Shown piece by piece: positions 52,819 through 62,903 of a stretch of DNA of 64,000 bases. Under the pieces are notes generated by a model. It did not search any database and had not been told where the DNA came from. It worked only from the letters and a program-made list of their open reading frames with translations. The DNA comes from a virus: IMG/VR virus record IMGVR_UViG_3300042545_001484, positions 1-64,000 of that record. The stretch is one strand, 5' to 3'. Every line of letters starts with the position of its first letter. Within the stretch, counting starts at the first letter, position 1. The translations under genes were made by a program, and so were the position numbers.

Positions 52819-53502
52819 TTAATTTGGACCACTTCCGTTACCCCAAGCCTTCACAGGTCCTGTGTATTCTGCATTCTCCCAACGTTGTTGGATTCTTTTT
52901 TCAACCTCGTCAAAGTGAATAGGCGTGTAATCAGTTTGCTCGACACATACACAAAGGTAGCGAGGATCTGGTTCAGGAGAATAATCTGCCCGAAATACAT
53001 CTGTCTCATATTCAATAGTGCCAAGTGTCTTAGTCTGTTTTTCGATCCACTGCTTCATACCTGGACGCATAACCTGATTTGCATGCAGATGGCCATGCAC
53101 GTTCACACGGAAACGTTCTGTCACACAGTCAGGATGCAGAGGGATATGGCTCAGGATAAACTTATCCACGAACACACGAACACCATGAATTTGCTCGAAA
53201 CCAACGCTGTAGTAATCATCGTCTCCGAAGATGTCATGGTTGCCACGAACAAGGATCTTACGACCGTTCATACGCTTCACTAGCTCGAGATACCTCTTGT
53301 TAATGACAACATCACCAAGGAAGTAGACAGTGTCCTGCTCCTTGACCTTAGCGTTGTGGCGCTCGATCATAGTCTCGTTCATTTCCTCGGTAGAGGTGAA
53401 CGGTCGCAGCGGACTGCCATCAGCCAGCTTGAATTTTTCCCACGAGTTCGTATGACCAAGGTGATGGTCAGAGATAACGAACCTGTTTACGAATCTAGTC
53501 AT
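52819..53502 (-). CDS. calcineurin-like metallophosphoesterase
   Basis: DHHLGH, GDVV and GNHD motifs; 227 aa. Confidence 0.7.
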   Translation of the reverse strand: MTRFVNRFVISDHHLGHTNSWEKFKLADGSPLRPFTSTEEMNETMIERHNAKVKEQDTVYFLGDVVINKRYLELVKRMNGRKILVRGNHDIFGDDDYYSVGFEQIHGVRVFVDKFILSHIPLHPDCVTERFRVNVHGHLHANQVMRPGMKQWIEKQTKTLGTIEYETDVFRADYSPEPDPRYLCVCVEQTDYTPIHFDEVEKRIQQRWENAEYTGPVKAWGNGSGPN

Positions 53503-53674
53503 TACTTTGAAACCTTAACTACAACATTTGCTTTACTCAGAGCTTTTATATAGCGAGCATTGCAGCCATTGTTACGAATAACTGCCACCGCATCTTCACC
53601 CGTGGTCGCATCAACAAGCACATATTTGTTATCCGTTTGACTCCACTCGATATACACAATCCAGTATTCAGTCA
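53502..53674 (-). CDS. small hypothetical protein (internal ATG of track ORF 53502..53714)
   Basis: ATGACTGA overlap with the upstream stop. Confidence 0.35.
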
Positions 53675-53877
53675 TCTTCTTCACGAGTCCCATCAGCAAA
53701 TTCAAATAGAGCATGAGCTAGCTCGATAGCCTGTTCTTTAGTCAGAGACAGATAAGGAGTGCGAGTCCCACCAGGAGGAGTTACCTGCAGACATGCACCA
53801 TGTGCATCGCCGCCATAGTAGCGAGTCAGCATGACTTCGCCATTAATAGAGTCTGTACCCATTAGTTGGGTGCTCAT
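53668..53877 (-). CDS. hypothetical protein (69 aa)
   Basis: Minus-strand operon. Confidence 0.45.
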   Translation of the reverse strand: MSTQLMGTDSINGEVMLTRYYGGDAHGACLQVTPPGGTRTPYLSLTKEQAIELAHALFEFADGTREEDD

Positions 53878-54092
53878 ACTGTTTCTCCAAACGACAATGC
53901 ACGATCCTCAACAGAGGTCTCGCCATCGTAGGACTTCATCCACATCGCAACGAGCGAGCGAGCAGTTGCCTTGTCGTGACCAAGATCTTGGGCGACATAG
54001 CTTGAAGCGCCAAACATATTGACCAGACCAGTCTCACGAAGACGATCAAGGTATGTAAAAGTTTCTACGAGTTGTTCAAAATCATAATCCAT
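53874..54092 (-). CDS. hypothetical protein (start moved to ATG 54092 because the track start 54119 lies inside the promoter -10)
   Basis: AAGGAA RBS ahead of MDYDFEQ... Confidence 0.45.
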   Translation of the reverse strand: MDYDFEQLVETFTYLDRLRETGLVNMFGASSYVAQDLGHDKATARSLVAMWMKSYDGETSVEDRALSFGETV

Positions 54093-54117
54093 AATCAATT
54101 CCTTTATCCTATTATTC

Positions 54118-54146
54118 ACTCTAACTTATTTTCTAAAATAAGTCAA
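54118..54146 (-). promoter_or_regulatory. conserved promoter cassette on the minus strand (TTGACT, 17 bp, TAGAGT, GAATAATAGG)
   Basis: Reverse complement CTGCTTGACTTATTTTAGAAAATAAGTTAGAGTGAATAAT. Confidence 0.6.
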
Positions 54147-54607
54147 GCAGTTTTATATGCGCACCACTTGTGGAACAGACCGACTTCGCGACCGTATGCC
54201 TCGATCTCCCAAGGAGCATCAAAGTAGTGGTCTTCTTTGCCTTTTGGCTTCCAGATTTTGCCCATCCACTTGCTGTAGATTTTGAGGCCACCACGAGCAG
54301 CGACCGCATGACCAGTCTGAAGTTCGTTCTTGGCATGCTGCTTGACGTGGACCATCTCGTGACCAAGAACCTTGATCATCTCATTGAGATCTTGCTTTTT
54401 GAGACCGATGGTGAACCAGCGAGGATTCTTAAAACCATCTTCATCGACGCACTCGCCCTCGATATCCAGATTTGCCCAGATTTCTAGGTCAAGGGTCAGA
54501 TTGCGAACCATCCGAGGATCCATCAGCTGGGCAGCGAAAAACTCGGCTGCTTCTGAAAGCTGAGCTTTCATCTTTTTGTTGGTGGTTCCTGTGATATTTA
54601 TCTGCAT
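54143..54607 (-). CDS. putative zinc metallopeptidase (HExxH, SprT/Wss1-like)
   Basis: LGHEMVHVKQH. Confidence 0.5.
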   Translation of the reverse strand: MQINITGTTNKKMKAQLSEAAEFFAAQLMDPRMVRNLTLDLEIWANLDIEGECVDEDGFKNPRWFTIGLKKQDLNEMIKVLGHEMVHVKQHAKNELQTGHAVAARGGLKIYSKWMGKIWKPKGKEDHYFDAPWEIEAYGREVGLFHKWCAYKTA

Positions 54608-54627
54608 GGTTATATCTCCTTATTATT

Positions 54628-54656
54628 CACTCTAACCTATTTTCTAAAATAAAGCA
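54628..54656 (-). promoter_or_regulatory. conserved promoter cassette on the minus strand (TTGCTT, 17 bp, TAGAGT, GAATAATAAGGAG)
   Basis: Reverse complement ACGCTTGCTTTATTTTAGAAAATAGGTTAGAGTGAATAATAAGGAG. Confidence 0.6.
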
Positions 54657-54735
54657 AGCGTTTTGTTTTTGTTTAAAATCAGTGGGTTAGCAGTTTGGCA
54701 GATTTATATAAATAGAATAAACTCTGGAGGATACA

Positions 54736-55142
54736 TGGCGCAACCATCACCGAAGCAGAAAGAGATCTTTTTTTCAGATTTTCTGTTCGATTTTAAGAAA
54801 AATCCGCACACTCATGACCTTGTTCGTGTCACGAATGAGCAGTCTGTTATCAACTCGCTGAAGAAGATTATCAAGACCAATCACTATGAAGTGCCATATG
54901 CTCCATTCTTTGGTGCCAACCTCAGTCGTTATCTGTTTGAGCCATTTATGTCTACAACAGAATATGAAATGAAAACAGATATTAAGTTCGCCATTGAGCA
55001 ATACGAGCCAAGAGTTGAAATTATTGATTTAGTCGTAAACGGAAGACCTGATGATAATGCTATTGACATCACCCTTACTTTTTCTATTATAAATAATCCA
55101 GCGCCAATAACAATAACAACAACACTCATCAGGATTCGATAA
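54736..55142 (+). CDS. baseplate wedge protein gp25/GPW-like
   Basis: About 135 aa with the gp25 family pattern (SVINSLKKIIKTNHYEVPYAPFFGANLSRYLFEP). ATG 54736 lies inside track ORF 54663..55142. Confidence 0.7.
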
Positions 55143-56902
55143 TGGCAAACAATACACTTGCTGTAACCAATTTGGATTATACTGGGCTCAAGCAAAGTCT
55201 AGTCGCGTTCATGCGCAACTATCCGCAGTTTAAGGACTATGACTTTGAGGGATCGAATCTTAGCACTCTGATTGATCTGCTGTCTTATAACTCATATATC
55301 AATACATTCTACACTAATATGGCTATCAACGAAATGTTTCTTGATACAGCTGTGTTGAGAGATTCTGTTGTCAGTCATGCCAAAGATCTAAATTATCTGC
55401 CTCGCTCGGCACGTTCTTCGGTCGGCTATATTGATATTCAAATGGCACCTAATGACAATCCACCATATATCGATATTCCATCAGGAACAAAGTTCCAAGG
55501 CACAGATGGCACTGGTGTTTACACGTTTACAACAGTTTCTAATACCATTATCACTCCAGTCAGTAACACTTATATCTCTACGAATGTTGCTATTCAAGAA
55601 GGTGTTTCTCTCTCAGAAACATTCATTGTTAATACCGCAATTCAAGACCAGCGATTTATAATCTCAAATCCTAATGTAGATACAACTACGCTCGCAGTGA
55701 CTGTAACGAACGATCTTGGTAACCCAGAGACATGGGACTTCTATCCTACTCTGTTTGATGTAAAGACAACTACCAAGGCATATTTCCTACAGGCTACATC
55801 TGACAAATATGAAATCGTATTCGGCAATGGCATAACAGGTGCTTCACCGATTAATGGCGCCAGAGTCGTGGCCAGATATGTTGCTGGCAATCTCGACAAG
55901 CCAAATGGAATCACCTCATACAAGCCAGCAGGAACACTTGCTGGCTACACAAATGCTACTATCACCCCAACATATTACGCCAATGGTTCGCCAAAGGCAG
56001 CTGCTGGTGGGTTGGCTCCAGAAACAACGAAGTCTATTCGCTTCAATGCACCAAGAGCATATCAGACTCTAGAGCGTGCTGTAACTGCTGAAGATTACCG
56101 TAACATTCTGTTTGGCCAGTTTACTGAGATCCGCGATATCTTTGTTTATGGTGGTGACCAAATCGATCCGCCACAATATGGTCGTGTTTATATCGCTGTT
56201 GACTTGACAGATGCCGTTGGTCTTTCTGATCTAGAAAAGAATAAGATTCAGTCATTCATCTCAACAAGAGCACCAATGACAATCACACCAGTTGTGATCG
56301 AGGCAGATTATACTCTTATCAGCATCAATACAGCAGTGAAGTATGACCTCAACCGTTCGAGTCTTGCTGCGAGCGATGTGCAGTCTATGATTATAGCAGC
56401 CATGAACACATATAACACCGATAGCCTGCATAAATTCAACGCAAGATTCCGCTACAGTCAGCTGCTTGCTGCCATTGATGGCGCAGACTCTTCAATCGTT
56501 GATAACCAAACTGAGACAACGCTGATCAAGCGTTTGATTCCTTCTATCAACGAAAACTACTCGTTGGCTCTGAGGTTCCAGAATCAGCTCAATCCAGGAA
56601 GCATCTCATCAACTGCCTTCACATATGGCAATCTGCAGTGTTCTATTATCGACGACAGCAACGGTAACCTAAAGATTATCTCTACTGTTGATGGCATTCA
56701 AACACCTCTGATTATTATCGGTACAGTCAATTACGCCACAGGTATCGTCAATGTGATCAACCTAAATGTATCTGAGTATGTTGGTAATTATATCTCTATA
56801 TTCGCAGCGCCAACTAATTATGACGTTAACTCTTCTCAAAATGTTATCATGGAAATTGACTTTGATAACGTAGCAGTTAGCGTCGAAGGAATCAGAATCT
56901 AA
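55142..56902 (+). CDS. baseplate wedge protein gp6 / baseplate-J-like
   Basis: N-terminus YTGLKQSLVAFMRNYPQFKDYDFEGSNLSTLIDLLSYNSYINTFYTNMAINE matches the Baseplate_J N-terminal pattern. Directly follows the gp25-like gene. Confidence 0.7.
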   Translation: MANNTLAVTNLDYTGLKQSLVAFMRNYPQFKDYDFEGSNLSTLIDLLSYNSYINTFYTNMAINEMFLDTAVLRDSVVSHAKDLNYLPRSARSSVGYIDIQMAPNDNPPYIDIPSGTKFQGTDGTGVYTFTTVSNTIITPVSNTYISTNVAIQEGVSLSETFIVNTAIQDQRFIISNPNVDTTTLAVTVTNDLGNPETWDFYPTLFDVKTTTKAYFLQATSDKYEIVFGNGITGASPINGARVVARYVAGNLDKPNGITSYKPAGTLAGYTNATITPTYYANGSPKAAAGGLAPETTKSIRFNAPRAYQTLERAVTAEDYRNILFGQFTEIRDIFVYGGDQIDPPQYGRVYIAVDLTDAVGLSDLEKNKIQSFISTRAPMTITPVVIEADYTLISINTAVKYDLNRSSLAASDVQSMIIAAMNTYNTDSLHKFNARFRYSQLLAAIDGADSSIVDNQTETTLIKRLIPSINENYSLALRFQNQLNPGSISSTAFTYGNLQCSIIDDSNGNLKIISTVDGIQTPLIIIGTVNYATGIVNVINLNVSEYVGNYISIFAAPTNYDVNSSQNVIMEIDFDNVAVSVEGIRI

Positions 56903-59706
56903 TGGAAATCGACAAGTATATCTCTAATCTTGTTGCTCAACAGTTCCCCTCTTTCTATCAGTCAGAGGGGGATAACTTCATTGCATTCGTTAAAGCATAT
57001 TACGAGTGGATGGAACAAGAGGGATATACACTAAACGCAAGCAAAAGCTTGATGAATTATAAAGATATCGATAACACAATCGACGATTTTCTTGATAACT
57101 TCAAATTCGAATTCCTAAACAACTTCCCGTCTATTACTGCTGCAAACAAGCGGTTCATGATCAAGCACATCAAGGATTTCTACCAGTCAAAGGGTAGTGA
57201 TCGCGGTATGAAACTGCTGTTTCGTCTGCTCTTTGATGATGACATTGAAATCTATGATCCAGGAACAGATATTATTCGCGCATCCGATGGCGTATGGAGA
57301 GTTCCTCGCTATATCGAAGTTGAGCACAATGCAAGATCTAGAACATATATCAACCAACAGGTAACAGGCTCTAGGTCTGGCGCTACTGCATTCGTTGAGT
57401 CTGTTCACACCAAGGTAATCAATCAGAGAATGATTGATGTTATGACCATCAGTAGTCTCCAAGGTAACTTTCTTTATAACGAATTAATTACCAACGATGG
57501 TAATCTATTCAATGCGCCCAAGGTTATTGGTTCGCTTACCACAATCAACATCACAGATGGTGGCGCAAACAATAGAATTGGTGATTTATTCGAAGTATTT
57601 GCATCGACCAATGGTAAAAGCGGTAAGGCACGTGTTGTTGCTGTTGAAGATGGTACAGGAAGAGTCAATTTCAATCTGGTGGATGGTGGCTCTGGTTACA
57701 CATCTGCATCTGGTCAGGTTAATGTTTCAAACACCATTCTCTTTACATCGAATCGAACAAATTCATCAGGAACACCTGATTATACTATATACGAGACGAT
57801 AAGTCAACCCCTAAATTCAATTTATTTTAGTGTATCTACTCCTACAGTAACAAATACTGCAACTCTGTATCATTCTCAGGTTGTTGGTTGGGCAAGTGGT
57901 AGTGTTGTGGCCAATGGTTTCATTGTTGCTACTCCTTCCACAGCCAATACAGTAATCATCAACGTCACAAATGGTGATTTTGCTACTGCTACAACTATCG
58001 GCACTCCTGCTAATGCTGTGCTGTTTACTGGATACACCTCGACCAACGTAACTGCCTATGGTACAGTAACAGGTTCGAACTCTACAGCTGTTGGTCTGCA
58101 TGACATCAACAATACATTCTATTCAAATGGTGCTATGTTCTTCAGTAGCGCCAATGTGTATGCGAATGCGACTAGTATCTCTACAGGTGTGGGTGCTAAT
58201 TTTGACATTGGTTCTATTACAGACACCGAAGTCGTATATCTATTTACTGACTTCATTGGTGGTAACAATGTCAATGACGTTCCATATCTGAATATGATTG
58301 TTTCTGGGGGCAATTCTAATACTGGATTGCTTTTGGGAACTCAGAGCATCACATGCAACAGCGCGACCAATCTTGTTACTGGTATTGGCGGAACACAGTT
58401 TACTACAGAAATTGTTCCTGGATCTGGACTATACAAATTTCCTGGAAACACATATATCGGCACAGTTAACAACGTGATCAGCGCCACAAGCCTTAGACTC
58501 GCGAACGTTGCCAAAGCAAACTGCGTTACATCTACATTCTATTATAACATCAATCAATATGGGTTCCCGAAGAACTCTGCGGCTGGATATAACAGCATTA
58601 TCCTTGATGCGCTGACATCTGCTCCATTTACAATCGGCACAATCGCTTCTCTCGCTGCAGTTAACCCAGGATCTGGCTATAATGCTAATCCGTTTGTTCT
58701 CGTCAGAAATGATTATATTGCTGGATTTGGCAGAAGAAATGTCATTCTTGAGGTTCAGGATATGGCAGGTGTGTTCAACGTCGGGGATACGCTGTCCCAG
58801 ACAGTTCCGATAACACAGACTCTCGTCACGTTTAATGCTAACACTGGTGCATTCTCTAATGGCGAAGGTGTCACACAGATTCGCAGCGGAACGAATGCTT
58901 ACGCTACTATTCTTACTGCCAATGCCACCGCACTTCTATTGACTTCAGACCGAGGAACATTCTACGGTAATACAGCTGGTGGCGGTGCTCTGGTTGGATT
59001 GACTTCAGGTGCAACTGCAAACGCTACAGGTGTCAGCACTGCAACGTCAACAATACTATCAAAGGGAACTATCCTTAATGTTCCTAACACAAGCATCATC
59101 GAGGTCAAGAGAACTTCGTTTAACACTGCATATCAAACAGGAAGCGTTGTTACAGCAACAAGTGGTGGTACTGCTACAGTTCTGAATACATATCAAAACA
59201 CTGCATCTCAGGCAATGGGTAATAACGCTATTGTTACTGATGTTGTTACAACTGCTAGAGGTATTGCCACAGAGCTAGAGATTATCAGTTCTGGTTACGG
59301 TCACCAACCAAATGATGTTATTGAGTTGATCAGTAACAATAATATCTTTGCCATTAGTGGTACTGCGAATGTAACAAACCAAGGTATTGGCGAAGGTTAT
59401 TGGGAAAATACTCGTGGTATGCTTAACTCAAACAAGTATATCGCGGACGGAGATTATTATCAGTCGTTCTCATACGAAATCCAGTCACGACTGTCGATGG
59501 ATAAATATGCTGATATATTAAAACAATTGGCGCATGTTGTCGGTACAAAAATGTATGGTAAAGTGTTCATTGGATCAGCAAAGGTAAAACCAATTACAGT
59601 GCATACCACTTCAATTGAAGTTGTTACCAATCCAATATATGCTAGAGATAATACACTACTTGTTGATCGACTTGGCGGTGCGCTACTAGAAAGAGGAACG
59701 ATTTAA
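56902..59706 (+). CDS. large baseplate/tail-fibre structural protein (934 aa; gp7-like by position)
   Basis: Follows the gp6-like gene; Thr/Ser/Gly/Asn-rich beta-rich composition. Confidence 0.6.
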   Translation: MEIDKYISNLVAQQFPSFYQSEGDNFIAFVKAYYEWMEQEGYTLNASKSLMNYKDIDNTIDDFLDNFKFEFLNNFPSITAANKRFMIKHIKDFYQSKGSDRGMKLLFRLLFDDDIEIYDPGTDIIRASDGVWRVPRYIEVEHNARSRTYINQQVTGSRSGATAFVESVHTKVINQRMIDVMTISSLQGNFLYNELITNDGNLFNAPKVIGSLTTINITDGGANNRIGDLFEVFASTNGKSGKARVVAVEDGTGRVNFNLVDGGSGYTSASGQVNVSNTILFTSNRTNSSGTPDYTIYETISQPLNSIYFSVSTPTVTNTATLYHSQVVGWASGSVVANGFIVATPSTANTVIINVTNGDFATATTIGTPANAVLFTGYTSTNVTAYGTVTGSNSTAVGLHDINNTFYSNGAMFFSSANVYANATSISTGVGANFDIGSITDTEVVYLFTDFIGGNNVNDVPYLNMIVSGGNSNTGLLLGTQSITCNSATNLVTGIGGTQFTTEIVPGSGLYKFPGNTYIGTVNNVISATSLRLANVAKANCVTSTFYYNINQYGFPKNSAAGYNSIILDALTSAPFTIGTIASLAAVNPGSGYNANPFVLVRNDYIAGFGRRNVILEVQDMAGVFNVGDTLSQTVPITQTLVTFNANTGAFSNGEGVTQIRSGTNAYATILTANATALLLTSDRGTFYGNTAGGGALVGLTSGATANATGVSTATSTILSKGTILNVPNTSIIEVKRTSFNTAYQTGSVVTATSGGTATVLNTYQNTASQAMGNNAIVTDVVTTARGIATELEIISSGYGHQPNDVIELISNNNIFAISGTANVTNQGIGEGYWENTRGMLNSNKYIADGDYYQSFSYEIQSRLSMDKYADILKQLAHVVGTKMYGKVFIGSAKVKPITVHTTSIEVVTNPIYARDNTLLVDRLGGALLERGTI

Positions 59707-60851
59707 TGGCTAATACTTTCATTTACCAGATGACAGACACTTGGGCTAATGCTACCCAAACTTTCGTCGCCATCAACATGAATGTTACTGATACTGCATC
59801 CACCGCAAACTCTGCTCTGCTTAATCTTGCTGTTGGTGGTGCCAATCAGTTTACAGTATTGAAGTCAGGCGATCTTTTCGCTGCTGGTGGTATTGGCGCA
59901 AATACAACACATACAAATCTGCTTGGCGATGGTATCGTATTCGACTACAACCCAGCAGCATTTATGGGTCGTATTATGGTTGGCGCTGGGGATGGATTTA
60001 CTTTCTATTCGGGCAATTCTACTGCTGTTGGCGCCAATAGTGTGATGCTGACAATCAGCAACACTGGTGTAACCTCAATGGGCAACACAACTGCGAACGT
60101 GCAGCTCGGTGGTATTACTACTCTCGGAACTCCAGCTGTTGTTACTGGTGCAGGTAACTCGAACTCGTCTATCTCAATTATCGTTTCAAATGCTAACACA
60201 GGCGGTAATACTTCAGCCGACTTTGCTGCGTATGATGGTAGTGGTCTAACAGGCGTAAACTTCATTGATATGGGTATTACCAGCAACACATGGTCAAATA
60301 CAGCATGGACTATTGGTGGTGCATCTGACGGATATCTCTACACAGGTAATACTAACCTTTCTATTGGTACTGCTGGCGGAGCAGGGTCGAATGGCTTTAT
60401 CAACTTCTTCACCAGAGGTACATTAATTGCAAATGAAAGAATGCGTATCGCTCCAGGTGGTAACGTTGGTATCGCAAACACTGCACCTGATGCGACGCTC
60501 GCAGTAACAGGAACAGCCAACGTCTCTGGCGCTGTTCGACTAGGCAGCACTCTTACTGTTGCCAGCAACACCCTGACACTAGGCACTTCTACAGCCACAG
60601 CTGCCAATGGATATTCATTCCTGCCTAATGGTCTAAAGGTTAACTGGGGCTGGGTTGCTGCTAATAACACAGGCGGCAACGTTACGTTTACCAGTGCGTT
60701 TGGCACAGCATGTCTTTCAGTTATGTTGACTTCTGCTAATGCTACTGCCAATGGTCCATATCTGATACAACCAGCCAATACAACAGTGGCTCCGATTAGA
60801 ACCGCATCTGCTACGGCAGGTAACGTAGCTTACTTCGCAATAGGATATTAA
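59706..60851 (+). CDS. tail-fibre-like protein (381 aa)
   Basis: Gly/Thr/Asn/Ala-rich beta-helix-like repeats. Confidence 0.6.
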   Translation: MANTFIYQMTDTWANATQTFVAINMNVTDTASTANSALLNLAVGGANQFTVLKSGDLFAAGGIGANTTHTNLLGDGIVFDYNPAAFMGRIMVGAGDGFTFYSGNSTAVGANSVMLTISNTGVTSMGNTTANVQLGGITTLGTPAVVTGAGNSNSSISIIVSNANTGGNTSADFAAYDGSGLTGVNFIDMGITSNTWSNTAWTIGGASDGYLYTGNTNLSIGTAGGAGSNGFINFFTRGTLIANERMRIAPGGNVGIANTAPDATLAVTGTANVSGAVRLGSTLTVASNTLTLGTSTATAANGYSFLPNGLKVNWGWVAANNTGGNVTFTSAFGTACLSVMLTSANATANGPYLIQPANTTVAPIRTASATAGNVAYFAIGY

Positions 60852-60854
60852 TAA

Positions 60855-62894
60855 ATGAGTCTGTCAAGCAACGCCAATTTTACTTTGCGCAGAAATCTGT
60901 GGATTATGCAAGACCAGAATGCGAATTCGTATTATACGTTCGCAGCTAAAGCCACACCTTGGCCAAATGACATCAATCCACCTGACATCGACAACTCAGT
61001 TGCGACTCTAGAATCTACTATTCCTAACGAAATCCTTTTCGGTAAACTTGTTCCTGAAGGATTTTCCAGCCCGATGACGGATCGTTATAACTGGGAATCA
61101 GGAACAGTGTATGATTCATATGACGACCAAGACCCATATCTCTATTCAAAACAATTCTTTGTTCTTACTCAAGAAGCTGGTGCATACCATGTGTTTAAGT
61201 GTCTGAACAATAACAACAACGCCGATTCAACACAGCAACCACTGTTGTCAGAAACAGCAGCCGATGACGTTTACTATTCTACATCCGATGGCTATCAGTG
61301 GAAATACATGTATAGCTTTGATACAGTCTCGTTCTCAAGATTTACTACTGATGATTATATTCCAGTAGTAGCAAATAGTGCTGTTGTTGGTAATGCCGTG
61401 TCTGGTGCTATTGAGACGTATAAGATTGCATCTCCTGGCGGCAACTATAACTCATACACAAATGGTTACTTCACTGAGATCGCTGTTGGAGGTAACACTC
61501 AATACTTCGGTATCCAAGGCACAGATACAACTGTTTTGACGATTAGCTCGAACACCTTTAGTCTGGGCGAAACAGTCACTCAGGTTTACGGTGGTGTTAC
61601 TGCTAATGGTGTGGTTGTGAGCGAATCGACCGCAAATGGTTCTGCAAGTGTTCTTACTCTGAGAAACACAAACAATATCTTTGCTCCTAGTCTCAATACA
61701 ATTACAGGTTCGCTCAGCGGAAAGGTCGCTACAGTAATTGATGTTACTTCACCTGATGTGTCATCAAACAATAACTTCTACAATGGCTGCTCTCTGTATA
61801 TTGCATCAGGAACAGGCGCTGGGCAGGTTGAGACCATCGAACAATATCTAGTTATCGGTAATGCTCGTAGAGTTCTTCTGGCTAATTCGTTTGCATCACT
61901 ACCCGATCTAACATCGAAATATGTGATTGCTCCAAGAGTTTCTATTACTGGAGACGGCACAGGCGCATCTGCTCTTTCGGTAATTGATCCTAATACAAAA
62001 CAACTTGTTGATGTTCGAGTGATCAGTCGTGGCACAGGTTACACTTATGCTAACGTAGCTGTTTTTGGTAATACAGGATCCACTGCTATTGCTTCAAATA
62101 ATGCTGTTGTTCGTGCCATTATGTCTCCACGTGGCGGTCATGGCTACGATGTTGCTTCTGAGCTAAACTCAACATATCTCTGCTACAGTGCGACCTTTGC
62201 CAATAATGAAGGCGGTAATATCCCAGGAACAGGCTCGACATATCGTCGTGTTGGGTTGCTTGTCAATCCACAGTATGCCAATGTTCTTGTTTCTTATACC
62301 TATACCAGCCTTCCTTCGTTCAGCGTTGGAACTATTGTTACTGGTTCTGTTTCAGGAGCACAAGGCAAGATCTCTGTAAATTACACAGCAAATACAACTC
62401 TAAAGCTGGCTAATACTACAGGTATCTTCGAGTCAGGCGACCTGCTTACGACCTCAACTGTTACTGCATCAAGCAATGTTCTAGCAACAACAGTTACAGG
62501 TGCATCTCCTGTGTTTGACGCCAGAACAATGTTGGTTTGCCCAAATTCTACTTTAAGTGGAGGAACTTTTTCTGTTGGACAGAAGATTGTTCAAATTGAT
62601 GGTGGTGTTGATATTGGATATGCTTATATTCAGAGCATGGATGTCATAGGAGCTAACACAAATATTTACTTGACAGAGGTAAAAGGTTACTTTGATTCAT
62701 CCGATATTCCCACAAGTTCATATAAATACATTTATGATGACAGTACAAGACAAGTAAGAATTCAAGTGGATGATATCATTCGTCCTGATATGGTGCCATA
62801 TAGTGGCAACATTCTTTATGTTGAGAATATAGAACCTGTGGTAAGAAATACTGCGCAATCTGAAACAGTTAAGCTAATTTACGGCTTTAATTAA
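60855..62894 (+). CDS. tail-fibre/baseplate structural protein (679 aa)
   Basis: Same composition and operon. Confidence 0.6.
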   Translation: MSLSSNANFTLRRNLWIMQDQNANSYYTFAAKATPWPNDINPPDIDNSVATLESTIPNEILFGKLVPEGFSSPMTDRYNWESGTVYDSYDDQDPYLYSKQFFVLTQEAGAYHVFKCLNNNNNADSTQQPLLSETAADDVYYSTSDGYQWKYMYSFDTVSFSRFTTDDYIPVVANSAVVGNAVSGAIETYKIASPGGNYNSYTNGYFTEIAVGGNTQYFGIQGTDTTVLTISSNTFSLGETVTQVYGGVTANGVVVSESTANGSASVLTLRNTNNIFAPSLNTITGSLSGKVATVIDVTSPDVSSNNNFYNGCSLYIASGTGAGQVETIEQYLVIGNARRVLLANSFASLPDLTSKYVIAPRVSITGDGTGASALSVIDPNTKQLVDVRVISRGTGYTYANVAVFGNTGSTAIASNNAVVRAIMSPRGGHGYDVASELNSTYLCYSATFANNEGGNIPGTGSTYRRVGLLVNPQYANVLVSYTYTSLPSFSVGTIVTGSVSGAQGKISVNYTANTTLKLANTTGIFESGDLLTTSTVTASSNVLATTVTGASPVFDARTMLVCPNSTLSGGTFSVGQKIVQIDGGVDIGYAYIQSMDVIGANTNIYLTEVKGYFDSSDIPTSSYKYIYDDSTRQVRIQVDDIIRPDMVPYSGNILYVENIEPVVRNTAQSETVKLIYGFN

Positions 62895-62903
62895 GAGGTA
62901 ACA